A stretch of 54,534 nucleotides of DNA from Candidatus Gastranaerophilales bacterium. GTDB taxonomy: Bacteria > Cyanobacteriota > Vampirovibrionia > Gastranaerophilales > Gastranaerophilaceae. The notes under the pieces were generated by a model. It had not been told where the DNA came from. It worked only from the letters and a program-made list of their open reading frames with translations, and did not search any database. Every line of letters begins with the position of its first letter. Within the stretch, counting starts at the first letter, position 1. The stretch is from positions 1 through 54,534 of the forward strand of contig CANQML010000001.1 of the NCBI GenBank assembly GCA_947624935.1, given 5' to 3'. Positions 1 through 7,756 of this stretch are shown here, piece by piece. The position numbers were made by a program, and so were the translations under genes.

Positions 1-77
1 ACCTATTTATGTTTATTGACAACGGGGCGGCAACGTTCCGTGAACAAACAAATTCTCTCGATAGGGTTGTACAAGTT
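1..77. repeat. 77-bp terminal overlap identical to 54458..54534 (circular-contig signature or terminal redundancy)
   Basis: The first and last 77 nt match exactly when compared directly. Confidence 0.95.
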
Positions 78-149
78 GTCGGTAGTACAAAATCCGCAAA
101 CAACGAACCACTCTATAAAAACGTTCATATTTGGAGAAAAATATCATGA
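1..149 (+). CDS. tail fibre protein, 3' end of the ORF starting at 53314 (wraps through the circular junction; stop TGA 147..149)
   Basis: The frame of the 53314 ORF is open to 54534. After collapsing the 77-bp overlap it continues in frame from nt 78 (VGSTKSANNEPLYKNVHIWRKIS*). Confidence 0.8.
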   Translation, partial: LFMFIDNGAATFREQTNSLDRVVQVVGSTKSANNEPLYKNVHIWRKIS

Positions 150-649
150 AAGTTTACAACGAAGAAAAAACGCAGGAACTTTTCAATGTCGATGAGGAGC
201 ACGGCTATTTACGCCCCGACAGGCTTCTCAAAGAACACCACGAGGGAATCGCCGAAAAAGTCATCAAGACTGCGGAAGAGGTCAAAGACGAACTTATCGC
301 AGAGGGGAAAGAGGTTTTGAAATATGAGGACGGAACGTACAGGGAGACCGTGGCTCGCTACGATAATGGCGGGAAAGACGTAAAAACAGTCATGCCCGTC
401 ATCGAGCCCGCCGTTCCCGCAAAAGACGAGTATGAGGATATAAAAGTGTATCACCCTTATACGGACGAGGAGTACATAGCGTATCTTCGCAGAGAGCGCG
501 AGCGTATCTGTTTCCCCGTTATAAATCGCGGCGCGGCGTGGTATTCCCGACTTACTCCCGAGCAGACCGAGGAACTTCAAGCGTGGTATCAGGCGTGGTT
601 GGACGTCACCGAAACAAAGGTAAAACCCCAAACACCCGAATGGATATAG
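146..649 (+). CDS. tail fibre assembly chaperone-like protein (Tfa-like)
   Basis: ATG 146 overlaps the fibre stop (ATGA). The C-terminus LTPEQTEELQAWYQAWLDVTETKVKPQTPEWI resembles the conserved C-terminal motif of tail fibre assembly proteins. The track start at 131 is an upstream TTG. Confidence 0.5.
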   Translation: MKVYNEEKTQELFNVDEEHGYLRPDRLLKEHHEGIAEKVIKTAEEVKDELIAEGKEVLKYEDGTYRETVARYDNGGKDVKTVMPVIEPAVPAKDEYEDIKVYHPYTDEEYIAYLRRERERICFPVINRGAAWYSRLTPEQTEELQAWYQAWLDVTETKVKPQTPEWI

Positions 650-651
650 TT

Positions 652-780
652 ATGATTATCTTTAAATGGTTTAAAAAAATAATTGCTAAAATAAAATTAT
701 GGAAACAAAACCGCTATGAGGAAAAGTACGACGAAGATGAAGATACAATAGACCCCGACAGCGATTATGATTTTTCATAA
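652..780 (+). CDS. small hypothetical protein (basic amphipathic N-terminus, acidic tail)
   Basis: ATG lies just after the preceding stop. Sequence MIIFKWFKKIIAKIKLWKQ... then DEDEDTIDPDSDYDFS. Confidence 0.3.
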   Translation: MIIFKWFKKIIAKIKLWKQNRYEEKYDEDEDTIDPDSDYDFS

Positions 781-809
781 AAATAATTATAATTTTTATT
801 TTAAACTTC

Positions 810-838
810 TTGACAAATATAAAAGTTAGGTATATAAT
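810..838 (+). promoter_or_regulatory. consensus sigma70/sigmaA promoter TTGACA-17-TATAAT
   Basis: TTGACA at 810..815, 17-nt spacer, TATAAT at 833..838. Confidence 0.75.
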
Positions 839-887
839 AATAGCGAAATAAGATTGAATATTCGCTGTTAAACCTCTTTATGAATTT

Positions 888-935
888 GTAGTGCGGAGCA
901 CAAAGTATTTTACTTTGTGCTCCCCTACATTTTAT
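888..935 (+). terminator. promoter-proximal stem-loop plus T-rich tract (leader attenuator candidate)
   Basis: Perfect 12-bp stem GGAGCACAAAGT / ACTTTGTGCTCC (895..906 / 912..923), extended by GTAG/CTAC and followed by ATTTTAT. Confidence 0.45.
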
Positions 936-965
936 AAGCAATTTTAAATAGGAGATACAGAAAAA

Positions 966-1316
966 ATGATTAAGTCAGTACTTGAACAAGCAATAAAGAC
1001 AATAGAGGCTGAAAAAGCACAAAAAATTGCAGTTATAAAGGACAAAGTTACAAGGGAACAGATTGCGCCTTTTAATGCTGAAATAGACAACGCGAGGTCA
1101 AAGGCGATAGCAGAGCTTGATACCGAAATGGCACAGGAAATTTCTGCCGTTAAACAGCAGTATGAAGCAAAGAAGCAAGAATTGATAAAGCTCGGTGAAG
1201 AAAAGAAAAAGGCAAATGCCGAAGCAGTGCTTGCGGGCGAAACGGCGGTTATAGCAAGTGAGTATGATACGCATATTGCAAAACTTACTGCTCAAATTGC
1301 AGAGATAAAAGAATAA
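966..1316 (+). CDS. coiled-coil protein, unknown function
   Basis: RBS GGAGA lies upstream of the ATG. Composition is A/E/K-rich and heptad-like. Confidence 0.6.
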   Translation: MIKSVLEQAIKTIEAEKAQKIAVIKDKVTREQIAPFNAEIDNARSKAIAELDTEMAQEISAVKQQYEAKKQELIKLGEEKKKANAEAVLAGETAVIASEYDTHIAKLTAQIAEIKE

Positions 1317-1342
1317 TTATAAATTTATAAGAGGATAAGGGT

Positions 1343-1858
1343 ATGGAGTGGTTAAATACATTACTTCATAATACTTGGTTTGTAGGTTGCGCTATGGCAG
1401 TCTTGATATTTGGCATAACTGAACTAATAAAACTGCCTTTAAAGAAAGGGATAAAGAAACTCATAAAAAACGAGCGCATACGCAAGATAGTAAACACAAT
1501 ATTTTTGCTCATACCTTTTGCATTAGGAATAGTATTTGAGTTGGTATTCAAAACTTACTATTTGCACACTGAATTTAACGGTGTAACAGGCTTGCATTAT
1601 GGCACTGCGGCGGTTACGCTTTATGGAGTTGTTGAAAGATTTTTCTATGAGAAAGGCGTTAAGATAGAAAACCCTTATAATACGGAAGAGGGGAAAGCTG
1701 TAACGCAAGCTGTTGAAGATATAACGAAAGACGGAAAAGTTGACGAAACCGATATAAAAACAGTAGAAAAGCTGTTTGAAAATACGACAGAGACAGAAAA
1801 AGCTGATACAGAAAAAACCCCAACCGCCGTAGACGATTTTTTGAACAAGGTAAAGTAA
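1343..1858 (+). CDS. holin-like membrane protein (2 predicted TM helices, charged C-terminal tail)
   Basis: Hydrophobic segments WFVGCAMAVLIFGITELI and IVNTIFLLIPFALGIVFELVF. Located after the fibre/chaperone genes, where lysis genes usually sit. Confidence 0.4.
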   Translation: MEWLNTLLHNTWFVGCAMAVLIFGITELIKLPLKKGIKKLIKNERIRKIVNTIFLLIPFALGIVFELVFKTYYLHTEFNGVTGLHYGTAAVTLYGVVERFFYEKGVKIENPYNTEEGKAVTQAVEDITKDGKVDETDIKTVEKLFENTTETEKADTEKTPTAVDDFLNKVK

Positions 1859-2464
1859 ATGAAAGCCGTTAAAAGGGCGATAATACTCTGTTGGATAATG
1901 CTTATTGTATGCTTTATCATTAAACTATTCGGTGGGAATTGGTTTGAGATAATATGCAACAATGAGCATTTTGTTTATGTCTGTAATTATTTAGATAAGC
2001 ATTTAATACCTAATTATGCTATTGCTTTTGTTTTGTATATTAGCTCAACATATTTGGTTGTTTGTGCTTGTTGTTTAACAAGCAAGCCTAATTTAAAACA
2101 ATTTTTTCTTATAATCATTGTAATTTTTGTTGTGTGGGCGACACAATTTATTACAATGACTGTAAAATCAATATTAGAAATAATTATGTTTCTTTTACTT
2201 CCGTTTTTTGTGTCTTGCTTGTCAATAGGATTTAATAATTGGAAAACGGCGTTAAAGGGAAATTGGTATAAAGGGATAATTGGATATGTTTTAGTTTTGT
2301 TGTTTCAGCTTTTGTCGTTGATAACAAAAAACATAGGTATAAAAATAACAGATAGTAGCACGCTAATTACATTTATTCTAATGATAGACTATTATATAAT
2401 GGTTATGCTTTATTATCTGTATGTTTTATTAAAAACAAAAAAGGAGAAAAATAAAAATGGGTAG
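1859..2464 (+). CDS. polytopic membrane protein, unknown function
   Basis: About 5-6 hydrophobic segments. The ATG abuts the previous stop (TAAATG). Confidence 0.55.
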   Translation: MKAVKRAIILCWIMLIVCFIIKLFGGNWFEIICNNEHFVYVCNYLDKHLIPNYAIAFVLYISSTYLVVCACCLTSKPNLKQFFLIIIVIFVVWATQFITMTVKSILEIIMFLLLPFFVSCLSIGFNNWKTALKGNWYKGIIGYVLVLLFQLLSLITKNIGIKITDSSTLITFILMIDYYIMVMLYYLYVLLKTKKEKNKNG

Positions 2465-2600
2465 ATTTGGTTTAATATTTTTCAGTGAAGAAATAGCACA
2501 GTTGGAAGCGTTTAAGAAAACTCTTACTAACAAAGACGAAATCGCTGAAATTGACAGGCAAATTGCCGAACTTCAAAAGAAAGCAGAAGAGAATAAGTAA
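2457..2600 (+). CDS. small protein (47 aa), not in ORF track
   Basis: AAGGAG at 2441..2446, ATG at 2457. MGRFGLIFFSEEIAQLEAFKKTLTNKDEIAEIDRQIAELQKKAEENK*. Confidence 0.4.
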   Translation: MGRFGLIFFSEEIAQLEAFKKTLTNKDEIAEIDRQIAELQKKAEENK

Positions 2601-2602
2601 TT

Positions 2603-3163
2603 ATGCTTATGAAATTGAAAGTTAAGTTTAGGCTCTTTCAAATTTCTACTTATGCGTTAGTTTTTGCGGCAATTATCTTAATGGCTTTATTGACGGGCAA
2701 ATACATTGAAACAGTAGGGCTGTTTATAAGTTTTGTTGCGTTAAGATATACTTTTAGTAAAACATACCACTCTAACTCATTTTGGACGTGTATAGCTATA
2801 AGTATAATTATATTTATAATTGCAATACTATTTGTACCGAAAATCAATTTAAGCATACTTGCTTGTATTGTATTCGGTTTACTTATAGATTTTATTGCTT
2901 ATAAATATAAAGACTATCAAGATAATAAAGCCGAGCTAAAAGAACTAACAAAGCCTAAACCGTTTTCGGTAGATACTTGTACTGAAAATGAGCTTATAGC
3001 GCGTTGTAAAGAGTTAAGATTATCCGAAGAAAATACTAATCTTGCTGTTGAGTTTTTTATTAAAAAGACCAAGCCAAGTATAATAGCAAATAAGCTATGT
3101 ATAGATGAAAAATCCGTACAGCGAAAGAAAACACGCTTAAAAGCAAAACTTAATAACAAATAA
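2603..3163 (+). CDS. membrane-anchored protein with C-terminal HTH (sigma70 region-4 / LuxR-like)
   Basis: The N-terminal ~100 aa is hydrophobic (3-4 TM). The C-terminus NELIARCKELRLSEENTNLAVEFFIKKTKPSIIANKLCIDEKSVQRKKTRLKAKL looks like an HTH. Confidence 0.4.
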   Translation: MLMKLKVKFRLFQISTYALVFAAIILMALLTGKYIETVGLFISFVALRYTFSKTYHSNSFWTCIAISIIIFIIAILFVPKINLSILACIVFGLLIDFIAYKYKDYQDNKAELKELTKPKPFSVDTCTENELIARCKELRLSEENTNLAVEFFIKKTKPSIIANKLCIDEKSVQRKKTRLKAKLNNK

Positions 3164-3182
3164 AAAAATCAAGATTTTTATA

Positions 3183-3222
3183 AGATTGTACAGCTTTTGT
3201 CGGTGTACAGTCTTATTTTTTT
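3183..3222 (+). terminator. intrinsic terminator
   Basis: 10-bp stem AGATTGTACA / TGTACAGTCT (one G-T pair), 11-nt loop, followed by TATTTTTTT. Confidence 0.6.
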
Positions 3223-3233
3223 GTGTTATAAAC

Positions 3234-3256
3234 TCCTTGAAAAATATTTCAAGGAG
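3234..3256 (+). promoter_or_regulatory. hairpin sequestering the Shine-Dalgarno of the 3267 gene
   Basis: CTCCTTGAAA-ATA-TTTCAAGGAG. The 3' arm contains AAGGAG, 10 nt upstream of ATG 3267. Confidence 0.45.
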
Positions 3257-3266
3257 ATTTTTTATT

Positions 3267-3851
3267 ATGGCTTTTAATGGTATTGGTTATACACCGAGCA
3301 ACCCCTTTTCTGTACATAATTCCTACCCTATGTACTCTCAACCTATATCACCTATCCCTCAAATGCCTATGCCTATGCAACAGCCTCAAATGCAACCGCA
3401 AATGGCGCAAGCGCAAGCATATCAACAGCCTATGCAACAAATGCAACAAGCACAGCAAGCTCAACAGCAAATGCAACAGCCTATGCAAAATATACCGCCT
3501 AAAACTAATAAAGTGTTTGTATTGAATAAAGAGGCGGCGGGTAATGCATTAGCGGAATACAACAGCGATTATGTATATTTCGACCAAGACAACCCTATAC
3601 TTTACAATGTCATAACCGATATGCAAGGAAAGAAAACTATAACAATGTATAAAGTAGAGCCGTACAGCGAGCCTGTTGCCCCTACGCCCGTAGAAATTGA
3701 TACTACGCAATTTGTTACGCAAGACCAATTTAAAGCGTTAGAAGAACAAATAGCGGCGTTAAAAGCTACGCCTAAAACGGTTGATACTAAACTTGAAATT
3801 AAAAAGACAGAGCCTAAAAAAGAAGTTAAGGCTGAACCCAAAACTGAATAA
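3267..3851 (+). CDS. Q/M/P-rich low-complexity protein with globular C-terminal half
   Basis: The ATG follows AAGGAG. N-terminus PQMPMPMQQPQMQPQMAQAQAYQQPMQQMQQAQQAQQQMQQPMQ. The track start at 3186 is upstream of the RBS. Confidence 0.6.
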   Translation: MAFNGIGYTPSNPFSVHNSYPMYSQPISPIPQMPMPMQQPQMQPQMAQAQAYQQPMQQMQQAQQAQQQMQQPMQNIPPKTNKVFVLNKEAAGNALAEYNSDYVYFDQDNPILYNVITDMQGKKTITMYKVEPYSEPVAPTPVEIDTTQFVTQDQFKALEEQIAALKATPKTVDTKLEIKKTEPKKEVKAEPKTE

Positions 3852-3861
3852 GGAGTAAATT

Positions 3862-4239
3862 ATGGCTAACCCTTTGTTTAATGGTAATAGTGCCGCTATG
3901 AGCGGTATGGCAAATGTAGCACAACCAACAATGATAGGCAATATACCTGTCCCGCCGCAAGTAATGGAAACAATACAAAGCGTATTTAATATGATACAAA
4001 GCGGGGCAGATTTATATACTGTAATAAAGGCATTAAAAGAAAAAAATATTACTCCGCAAGCGGTAGAAAGAGGGCTTTATCTTGCAATGCCGCAACTGCG
4101 AAATGCAAAACAAAAACTAATGCAAATAGGCATAAATCCCAAAGAAGTTATAGGACAGCTTATGAAAGAAAATAATATTTCGGAAACTGAACTTAAATCT
4201 ATGATAACGGATTTTGCAAAACAATTTAAAAAGAAATGA
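3862..4239 (+). CDS. hypothetical protein
   Basis: AAGGAG RBS and tight spacing within the operon. Confidence 0.55.
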   Translation: MANPLFNGNSAAMSGMANVAQPTMIGNIPVPPQVMETIQSVFNMIQSGADLYTVIKALKEKNITPQAVERGLYLAMPQLRNAKQKLMQIGINPKEVIGQLMKENNISETELKSMITDFAKQFKKK

Positions 4240-4303
4240 TTTAAACGCACGATGACGTCTATGTGCGATTAAATAAATAAAATTTAAAGGAGATTTAAAA
4301 AAT

Positions 4304-5026
4304 ATGTATGTAGAGGGTGATTTGCCTTTGACCGTTGGTGGGGGCAATAACAACTCAAACGAGGGCTTTGGAGGCTGGTGGGGCATTATAGCCCTTATTG
4401 CCGTTGCGGCTATTTTCGGTAGAAACGGCGGGCTGTTTGGCAACAACAACCAAGGCGGTGTAACACAAGCTGACCTTTGTACTGCGTTAAATTTTAACAA
4501 TACCGATAGCGCAGTAAGGAGTGTGCAGAGTGGTCTTTGCGACGGTTTTTATGCCGTAAATACGGGATTGCTTAATGGCTTTGCTGGTGTACAGCAAACG
4601 CTTTGTCAAGGATTTGGTGGTGTAAATACCGCTATAACTACGCAGGGCTATCAGAACCAGCTAGCAACGCAGGGACTTTCGGCACAGCTTGCTTCCTGTT
4701 GCTGTGATACGCTTGCCGCAATAAAAGACGTGTCTTGCCAAGCGGCGGCAAATACAGGCGCAATTATAAGCGCAGGACAGGCTAATACGCAGAGAATAAT
4801 TGACTATCTGTGCAATGAAAAGATTTCCTCGCTCCAAGCAGAAAATTCGCTTCTTACGGCGCAGTTGTCGCAGAACTCGCAGACTAACACTATTATAAAT
4901 GCGTTACGTCCTACTCCTGTTCCCGCTTTTCCCGCAAGCAATCTTTACGGTTTTTACGGGCAGGGTTGCGGTAGTTGCAACACAAGCTGTGGGTGCAGTG
5001 GATACGGCTATGGTAATGCGTTTTAA
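4304..5026 (+). CDS. Cys/Gly/Asn/Gln-rich protein with one N-terminal TM segment
   Basis: Contains GGWWGIIALIAVAAIFG, then 15 Cys including CCC, and a C-terminal GCGSCNTSCGCSGYGYGNAF. No family recognised. Confidence 0.6.
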   Translation: MYVEGDLPLTVGGGNNNSNEGFGGWWGIIALIAVAAIFGRNGGLFGNNNQGGVTQADLCTALNFNNTDSAVRSVQSGLCDGFYAVNTGLLNGFAGVQQTLCQGFGGVNTAITTQGYQNQLATQGLSAQLASCCCDTLAAIKDVSCQAAANTGAIISAGQANTQRIIDYLCNEKISSLQAENSLLTAQLSQNSQTNTIINALRPTPVPAFPASNLYGFYGQGCGSCNTSCGCSGYGYGNAF

Positions 5027-5078
5027 TTAACGCAATAACTTAATAGGCAAGGAGATTTTATCTCGCCAAATAAAAAAT

Positions 5079-5104
5079 GGGGCGGGAAACCGCCCCTTAT
5101 AATT
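5079..5104 (+). terminator. GC stem with GAAA tetraloop (terminator candidate)
   Basis: GGGGCGG-GAAA-CCGCCCC followed by TTATAATTT. The T-tract is weak. Confidence 0.4.
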
Positions 5105-5118
5105 TAAGGAGAATTATT

Positions 5119-5571
5119 ATGACTTATAAAATGATACAAGTAACAAACTTGCCTACTGCGCCGTTTGGTGCGGTTGCAATCGGCGGTGTTGTTCCTCTCG
5201 GCGTTGTAACGCATAAAGTTGGTGGCTGTACTTGCAATCAACCTACTTTTACTGTAACGACAAGCGGTGCAAATACTGTTAGTATAAATAATACAGGGCT
5301 TTATAGAGTTACTTTTGATGCAAGCGTTGTTGCAACGGCGGCGGGTGATGTAACACTTAATCTTGTACAAAACGGAACTGTTATTGCAAGCGCAACTGAA
5401 ACCGCAGTTGCGGGTGAAACCGTTAATCTTTCGCTTACGCGCATTATAGCGGTTTACAACACTTATGGTGGAGTTGTGCCTACCGTTCCTGCTAATATTC
5501 AAATTACTAATACGGGTACTACTGCGCTCACAAGCGGTACTTCTAACCTTATTGTTGAAAGGATTTACTAA
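5119..5571 (+). CDS. BclA C-terminal-domain-like (C1q/TNF-like jelly-roll) protein, no collagen repeats
   Basis: The pattern NTGLYRVTFDASVVATAAGDVTLNLVQNGTVIASA...NLSLTRIIAV...GTSNLIVERI parallels the BclA CTD strand pattern (recalled, not searched). The ATG follows AAGGAG. Confidence 0.45.
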   Translation: MTYKMIQVTNLPTAPFGAVAIGGVVPLGVVTHKVGGCTCNQPTFTVTTSGANTVSINNTGLYRVTFDASVVATAAGDVTLNLVQNGTVIASATETAVAGETVNLSLTRIIAVYNTYGGVVPTVPANIQITNTGTTALTSGTSNLIVERIY

Positions 5572-5585
5572 TAGGGGGTGTAATT

Positions 5586-6266
5586 ATGAATGATTATGCA
5601 AGAAGTAGAATGAGAGGTATGCGCGACGGTGCGCGTGGTAGGCGCGGTATGCGTGATAGAATACGCGGCGAATATCGCGGCGGTATGGATTTCCGCGGTG
5701 ATTATGCTATGCGGGACGGCAGACAAGGCGTAAAAGGCACGGGTAGATATGGTAGAGGCGGTAGTATGTATCGTGATAGAGGTTATGACGACGATTACGA
5801 TTATGACGAAACCTATGAAGAGCCGTATGACTACGATTATGACTATGCAATGCGCGACGGTAGGCGTGGTGTAAGAGGCTCTCGCAGAGATAGAGGCTAT
5901 GACGATTACGACTACGCAGACGAAGAAGATATGCACTTATCTAAACGCGAAATGCAAGAGTGGAAACGCTCTATGAAAAACGCAGACGGTACAATGGGAG
6001 AACATTACAGACTTGAAGAAATTATGCCTATGGCTGAAAAAATGGGTGTAAAATTTGAAGAGTTTGACGAAAAAGAGTTTTGCCTTGCCGTTAATATGAT
6101 GTATTCCGATTATTGCAAAGCAATGAGAGAAAGCGTTGCGCTCCCGCCCGATAAAGAACTTATGACCTATATCAAGCTGGCAAAGGCTTGGTTAGAGGAC
6201 GAGGACGCTCCCGAAGGCTCGGAGAAGTTGGCTTTATATTATCGTTGCATAGTTGACGATATGTGA
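5586..6266 (+). CDS. charge-patterned RG-rich / DY-rich repeat protein with globular C-terminal domain
   Basis: Repeats of MRDG(R)xG(V)xG alternate with YDDDYDYDETYEEPYDYDYDY. The C-terminal ~110 aa is non-repetitive. Confidence 0.6.
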   Translation: MNDYARSRMRGMRDGARGRRGMRDRIRGEYRGGMDFRGDYAMRDGRQGVKGTGRYGRGGSMYRDRGYDDDYDYDETYEEPYDYDYDYAMRDGRRGVRGSRRDRGYDDYDYADEEDMHLSKREMQEWKRSMKNADGTMGEHYRLEEIMPMAEKMGVKFEEFDEKEFCLAVNMMYSDYCKAMRESVALPPDKELMTYIKLAKAWLEDEDAPEGSEKLALYYRCIVDDM

Positions 6267-6283
6267 GTAGGAGGGTAGATAGG

Positions 6284-6313
6284 CGGCAAGGGTGGAAAAG
6301 CTCTTGCCGTTTA
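6284..6313 (+). terminator. intrinsic terminator
   Basis: 9-bp stem CGGCAAGGG / CTCTTGCCG, then TTTAT. Confidence 0.5.
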
Positions 6314-6323
6314 TCGTATAATT

Positions 6324-6695
6324 ATGTCTGATTTTATGTATTACAATATAAACCCAAAAAAAGAAACTACTTTTGATTGCGTTTGTAGAGCAATAAGCCT
6401 TGCAAGTGGTTTGCCCTATCTCACTACTTCGCGGTTACTTGACCTTGTATCGGAACATACGGGATATGATAGAATAACGCTTAAATCTTATTCTTACCTA
6501 TTAGAAAAGATATTATTATACCCCGTATTCTATTGTGATTATGAGGAAACCGTTGACGAGGTTATAGAAAAATACCCGCATAATACATTACTTATACGCA
6601 TAGACGGACATTTATTGTGTGCCGTGGCTTCTGTAATAACTGATTTGTGGGATAGCCGTGATAGATTAGTTACTTGCTATTGGATAGCAAAATAA
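6324..6695 (+). CDS. putative papain-fold cysteine peptidase-like protein
   Basis: Candidate Cys-His-Asp arrangement (FDCVCRAISLA ... IDGHLLCAV ... DLWDS). Assigned by motif recall only. Confidence 0.3.
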   Translation: MSDFMYYNINPKKETTFDCVCRAISLASGLPYLTTSRLLDLVSEHTGYDRITLKSYSYLLEKILLYPVFYCDYEETVDEVIEKYPHNTLLIRIDGHLLCAVASVITDLWDSRDRLVTCYWIAK

Positions 6696-6698
6696 CAC

Positions 6699-6727
6699 TT
6701 GACAATTTAAACTTTTTATTATACAAT
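6699..6727 (+). promoter_or_regulatory. near-consensus promoter TTGACA-17-TACAAT
   Basis: TTGACA at 6699..6704 and TACAAT at 6722..6727. Confidence 0.7.
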
Positions 6728-6753
6728 ATTATAAAAATTTATGGAGATAATTT

Positions 6754-7050
6754 ATGAATACTTATTTAACAAACTCATTAGATTTTTGCTGTGGCTTTAA
6801 CGGTGCAATCAATGACGAATTAACTATTGGTGAAAAAATTTTGCTTGTAAAAGAGGACGGCTCTGTATGTGAAACCTATGGCGATTACGAAGATGGAAAA
6901 ACTTATACCGCCAAAAAGTTTTGGGTTATAAGAAAATCTTATCGTGATTTAGCAAGGTTTGATACCAAAGAAAAAGCACAAGCCGAGTTTGACCGTATAT
7001 TAAAAGAGATTGGTAGCGAAAGCAAAGTAGTAGTAATTACAAACAAATAA
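6754..7050 (+). CDS. hypothetical protein (single-gene moron)
   Basis: Has its own promoter (6699) and terminator (7124). Confidence 0.55.
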   Translation: MNTYLTNSLDFCCGFNGAINDELTIGEKILLVKEDGSVCETYGDYEDGKTYTAKKFWVIRKSYRDLARFDTKEKAQAEFDRILKEIGSESKVVVITNK

Positions 7051-7123
7051 AATATAATATGGAAAGTAGCAAAAGTGATTTTGCTCTGCTGGCAAGTATG
7101 ATTTATTGTACTTGCACTTGATT

Positions 7124-7150
7124 AGGGTAGGTTATTCCTACCCTTTTCTC
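7124..7150 (+). terminator. intrinsic terminator
   Basis: AGGGTAGG-TTATT-CCTACCCT followed by TTTTCTC. Two further 7-bp hairpins precede it (about 7066..7083 and 7092..7116). Confidence 0.65.
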
Positions 7151-7206
7151 ATATTCAAAAAAATTAAAATATTTTCAAAAACTTTAAAAAAAGTATAGTA
7201 AAACTA

Positions 7207-7235
7207 TTGACAAGCGGTGTTTTAGGGCTTATAAT
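7207..7235 (+). promoter_or_regulatory. consensus promoter TTGACA-17-TATAAT
   Basis: TTGACA at 7207..7212 and TATAAT at 7230..7235. Confidence 0.75.
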
Positions 7236-7268
7236 AAAGGTACAAATTAAGCAAAAGGAGAATAAATA

Positions 7269-7457
7269 ATGGAATTAAGCGAAGAAATAATTGCTTTTAG
7301 GGCAAGATACAATATGAGCCAAAAGAAAATGGCAGAATTGTGTAATGTATCTTTTGTAACACTTTTCTACATAGAGAAAGGCAATGATTGTACTGATTTA
7401 ACAAGGTATAAGATTTTGCAAGCAATGGAAAAGTACGAAAGAGAACATATTGATTAA
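7269..7457 (+). CDS. XRE/Cro-type HTH transcriptional regulator
   Basis: MSQKKMAELCNVSFVTLFYIEKG is a typical HTH_3 core. Confidence 0.6.
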   Translation: MELSEEIIAFRARYNMSQKKMAELCNVSFVTLFYIEKGNDCTDLTRYKILQAMEKYEREHID

Positions 7458-7468
7458 AGGAGTGGGCT

Positions 7469-7756
7469 ATGGGTGATATTGATAGAGATAAATGGGCAAG
7501 CCTTTTTTATGTTCTTGATTTCGCAAATGAACAAGTAGTTAAGTTTAACAAAACAATAGCGGACATTACAAACAAAATACAACTTACTTCTATTGAAGAA
7601 ATAAAGCATAACGAAGAATACGAGCTTATGGAAAATGCACCGCAATTTGATATAAACCAAATAAAGTGGTGTATTAAAATGGGTATAAGACTAACAAAAA
7701 GAGAAAAGGCATACGCTGTATTATATTTGGGTTATGACCTTAAAGACTTAAAATAA
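7469..7756 (+). CDS. hypothetical protein
   Basis: RBS AGGAG, within the operon. Confidence 0.5.
   Translation: MGDIDRDKWASLFYVLDFANEQVVKFNKTIADITNKIQLTSIEEIKHNEEYELMENAPQFDINQIKWCIKMGIRLTKREKAYAVLYLGYDLKDLK

Noticed and set aside
118-133. A 16-nt identity, aaaacgttcatatttg, shared with 26708..26723.
   Set aside because: A single 16-mer match is about what chance predicts in an AT-rich 54-kb sequence. There is no extended similarity around it.
3340-3500. Tandem DNA repeat or satellite.
   Set aside because: The repetition (for example caacagcctatgcaa occurring twice) simply encodes the Q/M/P-rich low-complexity segment of the 3267 gene.
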